Origin: Escherichia phage vB_EcoM_PTE-Eco05
Direction: 5' to 3' (one strand)
Sequence record: PQ306573.1
DNA: 64,000 bases
Shown here: piece after piece, positions 1-8,755 of the stretch
Position numbering within the stretch: position 1 is the first letter of the stretch
Layout: each line of letters opens with the position of its first letter
Program-made: the position numbers and the translations under genes
The notes under the pieces: generated by a model
The model's database searches: none
What the model saw: only the letters and a program-made list of their open reading frames with translations
What the model was told of the DNA's origin: nothing

Positions 1-1
1 T

Positions 2-283
2 ACTCAGGAAGGATGGGATATTTGGTACCACGGGGCTTATTTAGGGACAATTGTAAAGATTAAAGCAGGCCAATATACGGTTATTCGTGAAAATAATGAC
101 GCACCATTTGGCCTTCGTAAAAACTACATGGCAGCGATCAGTTCATTTGTTGATGCAGCTTACGAAATCTATAAAGAAGATTATAAAGAATATCAGCAGT
201 CACAACCGGTTATTCGTTCGATTGGTGTAAATAAACAAGCACAAAAATCTATTTGGCAACGTATTAAAGGATGGTTTAAATGA
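2..283 (+). CDS. hypothetical early protein, 5'-truncated by window edge (C-terminal 93 codons)
   Basis: Open frame from position 2 to TGA at 281-283; stop overlaps ATG of next ORF (ATGA); product not recognised. Confidence 0.45.
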   Translation, partial: TQEGWDIWYHGAYLGTIVKIKAGQYTVIRENNDAPFGLRKNYMAAISSFVDAAYEIYKEDYKEYQQSQPVIRSIGVNKQAQKSIWQRIKGWFK

Positions 284-741
284 AAACTTTTAAAGAACGT
301 TTAGCTCTGTTAGATAAAGCTTTGTCGCGTGAGACTCCGGAAAGTCTGGCTGCTAAATTAGCTTCTTACGGCGGCGAATATACAGAACAAAATGTTTTAG
401 ATGAAGTTCCTGAAATCTGTTGGCAGACTCTGTATTGGGATGAAAACCAAAAGTATCAACGTCGAATTGTCTGTGCAGCCAACCGTTTTAAATTAAAAGA
501 TGGACGAACTCTTATTATTCCAGGTGCTCGTCATTATTCTAAAGATATGGCAGAAGTTTTAGATGTAGTTAAACCTCAATTAGTTACTCAACAAGTTTGT
601 GGTGACGACCAAGGCTTTATCGACCAATATAGTAATTATTGGACACGTGAAGAAGCAATGATTATTGCAACTTACGCTGGACAAGTACGTATTGAACGTG
701 GTGGTAATGAAAAAGAACTTTACTCTGAGGACCTTTACTAA
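280..741 (+). CDS. hypothetical early protein (153 aa)
   Basis: ORF track; ATG start, stop overlaps next ORF start; in the motA-arn-asiA early region by synteny. Confidence 0.55.
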   Translation: MKTFKERLALLDKALSRETPESLAAKLASYGGEYTEQNVLDEVPEICWQTLYWDENQKYQRRIVCAANRFKLKDGRTLIIPGARHYSKDMAEVLDVVKPQLVTQQVCGDDQGFIDQYSNYWTREEAMIIATYAGQVRIERGGNEKELYSEDLY

Positions 742-1022
742 TGAATCTTAAACAACTCCAGATTGATGCTATTGAAGCCCACATTAATCATATCAAACGC
801 CTGAATGCTATGATGGAAGAAAATTATGGTATGTATGCTAATCAGCCTGGTTGGGATGCTTTAGACCATCCTTATTTGGTTAATTTATGTAAAGGTGATA
901 CGTTAGCAATTATTCGTGATGGGTTAAAACCTTTCTTGCGCGACATGTATATTAAAATGAACGAAGAAATTATTAGCTCGTTGCAATATCAATTAAGGAA
1001 ATTAGATGATGAGAATAATTGA
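741..1022 (+). CDS. hypothetical early protein (93 aa)
   Basis: ORF track; tightly packed between neighbouring early ORFs. Confidence 0.5.
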   Translation: MNLKQLQIDAIEAHINHIKRLNAMMEENYGMYANQPGWDALDHPYLVNLCKGDTLAIIRDGLKPFLRDMYIKMNEEIISSLQYQLRKLDDENN

Positions 1023-1224
1023 TTCTAAAGCAGATTATTTTAATTCTGTTAATGATAAGAATAAAGCTTTAATTCGCCACTTTATTACTGAGATGGGATA
1101 TACCGACTCTAAAGATTTGAAAGAGCACATTATCGAATGTTCTGTGGCTAAAAAGTTTTCTTTCACAGACAAATGTTTAAACGAGGTTATAAATCATTAT
1201 GAACAATCTTGTAGCAAAACATGA
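1006..1224 (+). CDS. hypothetical early protein (72 aa)
   Basis: ORF track; overlaps upstream ORF end by 17 nt. Confidence 0.45.
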   Translation: MMRIIDSKADYFNSVNDKNKALIRHFITEMGYTDSKDLKEHIIECSVAKKFSFTDKCLNEVINHYEQSCSKT

Positions 1225-1307
1225 TTTCAATAAGGCTTCTGTTCATAAGGACAAGAAGAAATCGGAACTTCAATCTAAACGCAAACAAAAACATAAGGGT
1301 AAAGACT

Positions 1308-1595
1308 ATGCTTACTAAAATCAAAGAAAATCCTGCCACTGAACTTGTTATTCGATGTGAAGAACTTGCAGAGCTTTATCAGGTTAACCGAGAAGTGTAT
1401 CGTAGTGTTGTTGTAGATATGGCAGACGAAGTATGTTCTCGTATTCCTTTTAGTGTCGATTTCAATCACATGAAGCCTGGTGAAATCACTATCGTCTTTG
1501 GTTCTGACTATACTGAAGAACGGGCTCTTAATGTCCTAGAATATGAAATGTCATTCTTTGACATACAGGACTACATTGATAGTTATAAGGAATGA
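1308..1595 (+). CDS. small acidic protein (95 aa), Arn-like by position and size
   Basis: ORF track 1221-1595 trimmed to internal ATG at 1308 preceded by AAGGGT; acidic composition; sits where arn lies upstream of asiA in T4; sequence identity to Arn not verified. Confidence 0.5.
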   Translation: MLTKIKENPATELVIRCEELAELYQVNREVYRSVVVDMADEVCSRIPFSVDFNHMKPGEITIVFGSDYTEERALNVLEYEMSFFDIQDYIDSYKE

Positions 1596-1596
1596 T

Positions 1597-1758
1597 ATGA
1601 GCCATAATCTTCAGAACGTAGTAGAGGCAGAACGTGAGCGTGAGGCTTTAGTCTATAATGAACTATTAGCCACGTTCTTGGCCTTACACTCGTATGAACA
1701 GGAAGACTACACTGATTACGTTAAAAGTGTAGAAAAAGCTGTTTACAATCAACACTGA
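1597..1758 (+). CDS. hypothetical small protein (53 aa)
   Basis: ORF track 1543-1758 trimmed to ATG at 1597, 1 nt after the upstream stop. Confidence 0.35.
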   Translation: MSHNLQNVVEAEREREALVYNELLATFLALHSYEQEDYTDYVKSVEKAVYNQH

Positions 1759-1770
1759 TAATGGTACTAT
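1741..1770 (+). promoter_or_regulatory. early-type promoter (GTTTAC -35, 18-nt spacer, TACTAT -10) upstream of asiA
   Basis: GTTTAC at 1741-1746 and TACTAT at 1765-1770; same architecture recurs upstream of many plus-strand early genes in this window. Confidence 0.55.
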
Positions 1771-1804
1771 ACTCATATCAACTAAATGGAATGAATAAAA
1801 CGTT

Positions 1805-2077
1805 ATGAATAAAGATATTGAAATTGTACGTGAAATTATTACGGTTGCTTCTATTTTGATTAAATTCTCGAGGGAAGATATTGTTGAAGACCGAGCAAAT
1901 TTCATCGGATTCTTGAATGAGATTGGAATTAAAAAAGATGGTCGGCAGCTAAATCAGAATTCGTTCAGAAAACTAATTACAAATTTAACCGCCGAAGAAA
2001 AGAAAACACTGATTAGTGAATTCAATGAAGGTTTTGAAAATATTTATCGCCATTTGACGATGTATTCTAACAACTAA
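1805..2077 (+). CDS. asiA: anti-sigma70 factor AsiA
   Basis: 90 aa, MNKDIEIVREIITVASILIKFSREDIVE... near-identical to T4 AsiA as recalled; converges on holin t as in T4. Confidence 0.95.
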   Translation: MNKDIEIVREIITVASILIKFSREDIVEDRANFIGFLNEIGIKKDGRQLNQNSFRKLITNLTAEEKKTLISEFNEGFENIYRHLTMYSNN

Positions 2078-2737
2078 TTATTTAGCCCGCCCTAATATCC
2101 TTGCTGCTTGGTTGCATATTGCAGCCAAGCGTTCTTCATTTAACACATCCGACCCCTTATACCAATACATAGAAACAGTTCCAGCATATATGTTATCCAA
2201 ATTGAAGTAAGGACAACTATACATATACGCCAGTTCCGGAGTTTTTGATTTGGTAGGTAAGAAAGCAAAATCTGTTTTAGAAGTAAAGTGAAGTCCACTT
2301 AAATGGACCGAATATTCTGCTGTCGTTTTATCAACAGGAAATCCTCCCATAGATTTTTCAGTTACTGTGCTAGGTAACTTACCTTCATACGCAATAAGGT
2401 CGACGAAATAATTTAGATTTTTAGGTCTGAAAGAATACACCGAACTAAAATCCGCCCTTGATGTGACGTGGACTATTTGTAGTTGTTCTAAAGCCGCAGA
2501 TTCAAATCGTGTATTTCTTTCTTTTTGAATTACTTCTGTGTAAGTATCATATTTCGACCTCACGTAATAATCCATAAAAATATTCCCTTTGTACCATATT
2601 AGTGCCATTAGGAACAAAAGAACTACAACAGCAACTCTTGAAATAAGAATATTTCCGGAGGCGTTATCTTTGAAAATGCGGTCTAGCAACCCAAATAAAA
2701 TATCACTAGGCGAAAATGATACTTTTGGTGCTGCCAT
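2078..2737 (-). CDS. t: holin T (lysis inhibition holin)
   Basis: MAAPKVSFSPSDILFG...ICNQAARILGRAK matches T4 holin T; start set to ATG at 2737 behind GGGAGG; the ORF-track ATG at 2749 adds 4 residues not in T4. Confidence 0.95.
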   Translation of the reverse strand: MAAPKVSFSPSDILFGLLDRIFKDNASGNILISRVAVVVLLFLMALIWYKGNIFMDYYVRSKYDTYTEVIQKERNTRFESAALEQLQIVHVTSRADFSSVYSFRPKNLNYFVDLIAYEGKLPSTVTEKSMGGFPVDKTTAEYSVHLSGLHFTSKTDFAFLPTKSKTPELAYMYSCPYFNLDNIYAGTVSMYWYKGSDVLNEERLAAICNQAARILGRAK

Positions 2738-2756
2738 ATTACCTCCCATTTATCAA

Positions 2757-2764
2757 TATTTATA
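2757..2764 (-). promoter_or_regulatory. late promoter TATAAATA for gene t
   Basis: Reverse complement of plus-strand TATTTATA at 2757-2764, about 20 nt upstream of the t ATG. Confidence 0.7.
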
Positions 2765-2782
2765 ATTGAGAGGTATTATCGT

Positions 2783-3556
2783 TTAAATCCAGGAGCCGTA
2801 GATTGTGCCTGTAGCACCCCATGACGGTGAACTTCCGAATACTGCTCTGCCAGGAGAACCACCGCCGGATCTAGATAAGTGTTTACCCCATCCATCTCCG
2901 CCCCGACCTCCAGCATCACCGCCATTGCCTCCGCCGTATTGGGAAGTGTAACCGGCACTGCCCGGGGCGTCATAACTAGCATTACCGCCAGGCCAATTAA
3001 CGCCACCGCCGCCGAGGCCAAATGGTCTGCCGCCACCGCCACCTGCTGTAGCATTTGGCGCCCAGCTATTCTGTAATGACACTGCACCACCACCACCACC
3101 ACCTGATGCAATAACGCCATAGTTCCAAATACGAAGTCTTCCGCCGATATCATTTTGGATTACATCGCCACCATTTGTGCCTGGGTTTCCGTTTACAGTA
3201 CCGTTACCACCTCGTCCCCACATATGAACTCCACCATGAATATTCAAAGTAACATATTCATTTGGCGTATCGCCATACATAAAGAATAATGGAACATCTT
3301 TACTATATGATACTAAATTTCCAGTGATATTAAACACTATAGGTGCACTACCTGCCTCAAAACATCTATCTCGGAACCATTGACCATTGAAGTTATGGTC
3401 TGCTCCAAGTGTGTGAATTACTTCAACAGATCGACCTATCATATTACTCATCCAAAACGGAATTCCCATTCTCAATCTCTGTGCGGCACCACCCATCCAA
3501 TTTTGTCCTGTATTAACTACTGCAGACGATCCTACCCACGGTCCTGTTACTGCCAT
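2783..3556 (-). CDS. 38: long tail fibre tip adhesin gp38 (T2-type, glycine-rich motifs)
   Basis: About 257 aa with repeated glycine-rich motifs ([40 protein letters not shown]); follows gene 37; ORF-track start 3568 is TTG, ATG at 3556 has a GGAGG RBS. Confidence 0.88.
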   Translation of the reverse strand: MAVTGPWVGSSAVVNTGQNWMGGAAQRLRMGIPFWMSNMIGRSVEVIHTLGADHNFNGQWFRDRCFEAGSAPIVFNITGNLVSYSKDVPLFFMYGDTPNEYVTLNIHGGVHMWGRGGNGTVNGNPGTNGGDVIQNDIGGRLRIWNYGVIASGGGGGGAVSLQNSWAPNATAGGGGGRPFGLGGGGVNWPGGNASYDAPGSAGYTSQYGGGNGGDAGGRGGDGWGKHLSRSGGGSPGRAVFGSSPSWGATGTIYGSWI

Positions 3557-3568
3557 ATAAACCTCCAA

Positions 3569-3580
3569 GGGCCGAAGCCC
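3569..3580 (-). other. intercistronic RNA hairpin GGGC-UUCG-GCCC (minus-strand sense) between genes 37 and 38
   Basis: Plus-strand GGGCCGAAGCCC; 4-bp GC stem with UUCG tetraloop on the late transcript, immediately upstream of the gene 38 RBS. Confidence 0.5.
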
Positions 3581-3586
3581 CTCTTA

Positions 3587-6500
3587 TTATTTTAACAATG
3601 ATTTAACTAATGCTTTAAGTTCTTCAATTTCTGATTTAAGTTCCGCAATTTCTGTAGTATGTTCATTTATTGCAGCTGTATTTAAACCAATTACACCGTT
3701 ATAGTTCAAACGAAGTAAAGCTTCGCCATCGGGGTCACCTTCAACTAATTCTGGTAAAATAGCTTGAACTTCTTGGGCTATCAAACCGGCGTTAGGTTCC
3801 CATTTCTGATTGCCTTCTTCGTCCGTTCCACGTTTCTGCATATAAGTGTAACCGTTAATTTTAGAAAGCTTCTCAGAAGCATTTTCAAATTTAACAAGGT
3901 CTTTTTTAACACGAATATCAGAACGGACATAAACATCACGGACAAACGTTGAATAACTATCATTTGCCTGAACGAGATGCCCATGAGAAACGATAGCTCT
4001 TCCAACTTCTGTCCAAAAAGCACCGGTTGAATCCCAAAGCCCAGGATGAGATTGATAGCCTGCTCCCCAGTTTGCAATATGTATACCATTGGCAACCATA
4101 TTGATTCGGCCGTCACCACCATGAACTAATCCGGTGTCATTATCACCAATAACAACACATGCGCCTGTCCATGCAGGGTCACCTCCACCAGCTGATATTC
4201 TTACTCCAGCTTTAACCATGTCAGGAACGTACATGTTTCCATTATGGTGGAATTCGAAGATAGCTTGTGGGTCGGAACCGTTTTCCTGATTACCTACACG
4301 AATAATACCTTGTGCCCAGTTATTAGGAATGCGTCGCATACCAAAATCAACACCAGATACGTATCCATCATTCGTAATAACAGATTTTCCTTTGATAATT
4401 GGATAATAACTATCATTACCGACGTAGCCAAAATCCACAAATACGGGAGCTTCCTGGCGCCATTGATTTCCCCAATCGCCGGCCTGGTGTGCGGTCCAGA
4501 CCGACCCATTTATATAAATTCGGTCCCTATTAAAATTAAAAGTGGCAGTCCCTTCCGGGTTTAAAGCAATATCACCACCATTATTAACATATATGCCTGA
4601 TCTATTTTGGAAACTATAAAACGATATGGCATTATCAGCACCACCATTACCTACATACCAGTTATCAACGCCTGCTTTTTGTCCTTTCAAATAGCCAGAT
4701 TCGGTTGCCGTGCTATTAATAACGATGGCATCAGAGTTTGCATTAAGAGTTAAGCGACCTGTCATCGTGTCGCCTTCTTTAGAAACACGGGTAGCTATTG
4801 CATCGCGAATATTTGTAGTGTCTCCTGCTGAAGTAAACGATTTCCAAATATCCGAGAAAATATTACCATTACGAGCAATAGTAGCTTCACCGCCGCCGAC
4901 CTGAACGTTATCTGGGAAGTTAACAGTACCGTCTTGATTAAAACGAGACGTATGGCCTTGTGAACCATCTTCTTTCAGATGATGAATAACGAATGTACCC
5001 GAACTAATTTCAGTACCTAAAGACCAAACAGCTTTACCATTTAAAAACTTCTGTTTAACAATAGGATAATATTTGCTTACAGCATCATCATCAATTTCCT
5101 GGAAAATAGGAGCCGCTTGAGCATATTGAATATCATAACCACCAGCGCCTGCGCCATGACCAGTAAATTTAATATAGCCGTTTGCTGCGAACGTATTGTA
5201 ACTTGATTGTAAATCTGGAATAGTAACTTTACCAGTATCTAAAGCCATACTAAACGGGCGAAGTGGACCGATATCACCATTTTTGCCTTCACCATAAGCA
5301 GTCGGAATAATATGAAGACTACCTTCTGAACGTCTAAAAATGGCTCCATAATCTGCGTTCCAAATACGAAGCGCATTCACTGCTCCAGATGAAATTTCGC
5401 CTGTTGTGTGAACTCCTCTATTTCCAGCAGTAACACCAGATGATTCAAATGAACCGTTAACGTTCATTTCTACTTCACCTGTTGTAAGTCTTTGAATATA
5501 GCTCATCCAACTAGTTGCATCAGAAATTTCCATGACGTTTTTACGATTACCTACACTAGGATTAGTAAACGTATTGCCCCACACAGAAATTGTCATATTA
5601 TCAACTGAACTAGCTCCGGTCGTGTTACCTCTAAACATCAGTGTAGAAGCATTATTTCTACCATCGATATTAACAGAACCACCAATAACGTCAATATTAC
5701 CAGGAGTAACTAACAAACCGCCGTGAGTATTAATGTTTGTGGTACCCTTGCCGCGGAAATAATGATGATAGTTACCGCCTTGATAATATCCTAAAAGAGT
5801 CTGACCATCTCCAAACGCGTTATTATCGTGATATGTCACGACAGTAGCGAGAGCATAGTTTTCAGTTGGAGGAGTAGTTAAATCGGTTCCGTTAGTAGAA
5901 TATCCAGCTACAAATTTTCTTAGGCTAGTTGTTTCGCTGGGACTAAATAAAAATGTTTTCGTTCCATTATTAACGCTAAAATAATATCCATCTTGATGCC
6001 ATTTAAATCCAGTATCATTATCGCCAAGAGAAATTGAAGCAGTCCCTAATTCAGAGTATCCTTTATTGCCACCAGGAGTACCAACAGAAATAGAATGGCC
6101 TGCTTTCAATCCACCTGACCAGGTAAACGACCAAAGATAAGTGTCTAAGCCATCTCCAGTATACCAAGTTATTCCATCATTATCTTTAACTTCATGGAAT
6201 ACACCAGCGCCTACAGCATTGCGCATAACACGGAGATGATTAATAGCAGTAGTGCTTTCAGACAATGGAACGTTGTCTGCCATAGAATAAATGTCATAAT
6301 CGCTCGTAGATTTATTATTAGTAATAACTCTATTTGTCAAAATCTGAGGAGTTGACATAGATTTCCATGCTGATACTTCAGGTGAAGTAAATAGTCCACT
6401 GCCCGAAAATGCATAGGTGCTTTCATCACCAGCGGCGTAGTCTTTAACGCGGATATTAACTACTTGCGTAGTTAATCCATCATTAGCCGGTGCATAAATA

Positions 6501-6898
6501 ATGCCACGTTCACGATCAGCCGAATCATGAAAACGAACATGTGCTGTACCTGAACTTTTTGTAATAAGTTCACCGCCTTCGGTCATAATCTGCCCAGCGG
6601 CAATAATATCACGAGTTACTCGAGCAATACCGGTTAAATTAAAATTACCTGTCTGAGTGAAGGTGCCATTTAAAGTATAATCGCCAGTTTGGTTATAATT
6701 GCCAGTATGAATAACATTCCCGTCAATACTACCACCTTTAGCAAAACCCAGATCAATAATATTTCCTTGGTCATCTTTAGTAAAAAGTACACGGTCTTTT
6801 AAGTTTATAGCCAATTCACCTTCGGCTAATACTGAAGCGGCAGGACGTGCTCCTGCAGTTTTGCTTCTTTTAAATTGTATTTGTTTTAAAGTAGCCAT
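3587..6898 (-). CDS. 37: long tail fibre distal subunit gp37 with C-terminal intramolecular chaperone domain
   Basis: 1103 aa; N-terminus MATLKQIQFKRSKTAGARPAASVLAEGELAINLKD matches T4 gp37; C-terminal ~110 aa (RSDIRVKKD...GLIAQEVQAILPELVEG...coiled coil) resembles endosialidase/S74-type intramolecular chaperone domains. Confidence 0.95.
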   Translation of the reverse strand: MATLKQIQFKRSKTAGARPAASVLAEGELAINLKDRVLFTKDDQGNIIDLGFAKGGSIDGNVIHTGNYNQTGDYTLNGTFTQTGNFNLTGIARVTRDIIAAGQIMTEGGELITKSSGTAHVRFHDSADRERGIIYAPANDGLTTQVVNIRVKDYAAGDESTYAFSGSGLFTSPEVSAWKSMSTPQILTNRVITNNKSTSDYDIYSMADNVPLSESTTAINHLRVMRNAVGAGVFHEVKDNDGITWYTGDGLDTYLWSFTWSGGLKAGHSISVGTPGGNKGYSELGTASISLGDNDTGFKWHQDGYYFSVNNGTKTFLFSPSETTSLRKFVAGYSTNGTDLTTPPTENYALATVVTYHDNNAFGDGQTLLGYYQGGNYHHYFRGKGTTNINTHGGLLVTPGNIDVIGGSVNIDGRNNASTLMFRGNTTGASSVDNMTISVWGNTFTNPSVGNRKNVMEISDATSWMSYIQRLTTGEVEMNVNGSFESSGVTAGNRGVHTTGEISSGAVNALRIWNADYGAIFRRSEGSLHIIPTAYGEGKNGDIGPLRPFSMALDTGKVTIPDLQSSYNTFAANGYIKFTGHGAGAGGYDIQYAQAAPIFQEIDDDAVSKYYPIVKQKFLNGKAVWSLGTEISSGTFVIHHLKEDGSQGHTSRFNQDGTVNFPDNVQVGGGEATIARNGNIFSDIWKSFTSAGDTTNIRDAIATRVSKEGDTMTGRLTLNANSDAIVINSTATESGYLKGQKAGVDNWYVGNGGADNAISFYSFQNRSGIYVNNGGDIALNPEGTATFNFNRDRIYINGSVWTAHQAGDWGNQWRQEAPVFVDFGYVGNDSYYPIIKGKSVITNDGYVSGVDFGMRRIPNNWAQGIIRVGNQENGSDPQAIFEFHHNGNMYVPDMVKAGVRISAGGGDPAWTGACVVIGDNDTGLVHGGDGRINMVANGIHIANWGAGYQSHPGLWDSTGAFWTEVGRAIVSHGHLVQANDSYSTFVRDVYVRSDIRVKKDLVKFENASEKLSKINGYTYMQKRGTDEEGNQKWEPNAGLIAQEVQAILPELVEGDPDGEALLRLNYNGVIGLNTAAINEHTTEIAELKSEIEELKALVKSLLK

Positions 6899-6906
6899 AA
6901 GTCCTC

Positions 6907-7563
6907 TTAATAATAGCCGAAATCTTGAACAGAATCCTTAATAACAATTTGGTCAAATCGTGGAACATGTGAGGGTTGAGATGCAGGATTCTGTGAGAAA
7001 AAGTTTGGGGCAGTTAGCGCGCCGGTCATCGTATCTCCTGAACGGAGTACACGACTGTTTGCATTAGCATTAACTGTATTTATTTGACTATCAACATAAT
7101 CTTTGCGAGTAAGGTCGTAATTATTTAAAGGTGCTAACGTTGTGGCTCTGAATTGAGATGCTTCAATAACGCCTTTAGAACTTATATTACCGGTGCGAGT
7201 ATCAATTACAACAGTTCTTTCACCTGTACCTTGAGATGATTTAAACCCAATACCATACCACGAAACAATATCCATGTTTGTTTGGTCGAATGTCGCGGCG
7301 TCAGCACCACCAGAAAAAATACCATTCGTTTGGTCATCTGCTGTTTTGACTGCAACACCTTCGTTAAAGATTACCTTTTTGAGATATGTCCCACCATTTG
7401 CTTTAGATACGAAATCGTTATCAGCCGCTTTTGGCTTGTTATATTCGGTGTATAATTTAAATGTTTTATATAGGATGTCATCGCCAGCTGGCATTAAAGG
7501 AAAATTGCCTTGATGCCATATGACGGAACCACCAACTGTACTTCCGGCTTTTAAATCGGCCAT
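6907..7563 (-). CDS. 36: long tail fibre proximal connector gp36
   Basis: Start set to ATG giving MADLKAGSTVGGSVIWHQGNFPL (T4 gp36-like, ~219 aa) with AGGAGA RBS; ORF-track start 7614 is a TTG extension. Confidence 0.9.
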   Translation of the reverse strand: MADLKAGSTVGGSVIWHQGNFPLMPAGDDILYKTFKLYTEYNKPKAADNDFVSKANGGTYLKKVIFNEGVAVKTADDQTNGIFSGGADAATFDQTNMDIVSWYGIGFKSSQGTGERTVVIDTRTGNISSKGVIEASQFRATTLAPLNNYDLTRKDYVDSQINTVNANANSRVLRSGDTMTGALTAPNFFSQNPASQPSHVPRFDQIVIKDSVQDFGYY

Positions 7564-7589
7564 TTCGTGTCTCCTTATTAATATTAAAG

Positions 7590-7597
7590 TATTTATA
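7590..7597 (-). promoter_or_regulatory. late promoter TATAAATA for gene 36
   Basis: Plus-strand TATTTATA at 7590-7597, about 27 nt upstream of the gene 36 ATG. Confidence 0.7.
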
Positions 7598-7605
7598 CGC
7601 GAAAA

Positions 7606-7621
7606 GGAGACCAAAGTCTCC
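7606..7621 (-). terminator. stem-loop with U-run after gene 35 (minus-strand terminator)
   Basis: GGAGAC/GTCTCC 6-bp stem with 4-nt loop, followed on the minus transcript by UUUU; lies between the gene 35 stop and the gene 36 late promoter. Confidence 0.55.
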
Positions 7622-7622
7622 T

Positions 7623-8747
7623 TTATTCTGTGTACTCTTTAAATTCCTGCCCAAATACCTTACCTGTGTCGTTAGATAACTGAGTAGGCAAGTCCATTAT
7701 ATCATTACCGGTTAATGATTCATCAATGTAATTAACACGAATACCGTTTATACCAAACTCGGCGGGTTTTGCTATACTTCCGTTACATGATACTTCAGTG
7801 AAAATAACATTTCTTAGTCCACCTTGACCGACTGAGGCCGTACGGTAACAATATACTGTAAAGCCATCAGCTTCAGCTGGTATTTCAACGTATTCTTCAT
7901 ATAGCTTCCACTCCCGGGCAGTTCCATCAAAGTTTATATCTTTAGATGATATAGGAGAGCTAGATGGAGACTTAAAGAAACGAATTGAAAGTCTTGTGGT
8001 TCCTTCCTCTAATAATTCTTCATCAGCCATTAATTGAAATTTCAAATAAAGAAAATCTGTAGGCTTTAATCCATAGTTTGCGATAGGAGTAACAAGGGAT
8101 GATGTAGGCATCCTTTTTATTTCATTGTTAGTTCCTCCAACAGGAGATAAAAACGTTTCTAGAGCTTCATATGTACGTCTAGGATAGCCGGTAGCACCTA
8201 TATCAGCAATAGAGTCATATACAATATCTAATGGAGTTGCGTAATCAGAAATTGTTTTCTTATTACTGTATTTTATGTGTTCTAATGCAATAGTATTTTT
8301 ACCTGAAACATAAAACGCTGAATATGAAATATCAACAAGACTAGCAACTTCAATCGACGGTATAACTGAACTCCCAGCAGCTTTAAACCATTCAATTATT
8401 TCTGGCGGCAAATTAAATTTGTTATTAGAAATAAATGCGAAAATGAAATTATCTGCGTATGTGTTAACAAACGAAATAAATGCAGCTGAAGTTGCATTAT
8501 TTGTAGGCGCAAAATTGTATAATTTACTATCAACTATAGTTCCATTTTCCGGATTTATCACCCTAACATTTAGTCCAATACCAAAAGACTGCAACCCTAA
8601 AGGCTCATTTTGGAATAAAATATACGGATTAGTTGTTGAAAGCGGGCATGAACCCGCTATACTTAGCTTAAATCTAACTGAATTGCTTTCCGATAAAAAC
8701 GGCGTTTGGACGTATCCCTGTCCAAACCTTGCCATAAATTTTTCCAT
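7623..8747 (-). CDS. 35: long tail fibre hinge connector gp35
   Basis: 374 aa; position between 34 and 36 and size match T4 gp35; AAGAGG RBS. Confidence 0.88.
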   Translation of the reverse strand: MEKFMARFGQGYVQTPFLSESNSVRFKLSIAGSCPLSTTNPYILFQNEPLGLQSFGIGLNVRVINPENGTIVDSKLYNFAPTNNATSAAFISFVNTYADNFIFAFISNNKFNLPPEIIEWFKAAGSSVIPSIEVASLVDISYSAFYVSGKNTIALEHIKYSNKKTISDYATPLDIVYDSIADIGATGYPRRTYEALETFLSPVGGTNNEIKRMPTSSLVTPIANYGLKPTDFLYLKFQLMADEELLEEGTTRLSIRFFKSPSSSPISSKDINFDGTAREWKLYEEYVEIPAEADGFTVYCYRTASVGQGGLRNVIFTEVSCNGSIAKPAEFGINGIRVNYIDESLTGNDIMDLPTQLSNDTGKVFGQEFKEYTE

Positions 8748-8755
8748 ATAACCTC

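Noticed and set aside
2738-2749. ORF-track N-terminal extensions (MGGN on holin; TTG/GTG starts at 3568, 7614, 16441, 17965, 32125, 52689)
   Set aside because: Downstream ATG codons have proper Shine-Dalgarno sequences and reproduce the known T4 N-termini; the extensions run through RBS or promoter sequence.
2776-3153. Minus-strand 125-aa ORF and plus-strand ORF 2879-3076 overlapping gene 38
   Set aside because: They lie in alternative frames of the GC-rich, glycine-codon-rich gp38 sequence; low-complexity translations with no RBS; artefacts of repeated GGN codons.
3781-4122. Short ORFs inside or antisense to gene 37 (also 3764-3952, 4244-4564, 4294-4509, 4710-4904, 5532-5726) and antisense ORFs within gene 34 (9047-9247, 9672-9902, 10337-10537, 10925-11167)
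   Set aside because: Fully embedded in long, well-supported structural genes with strong T4 homology; no independent start signals; typical six-frame noise.
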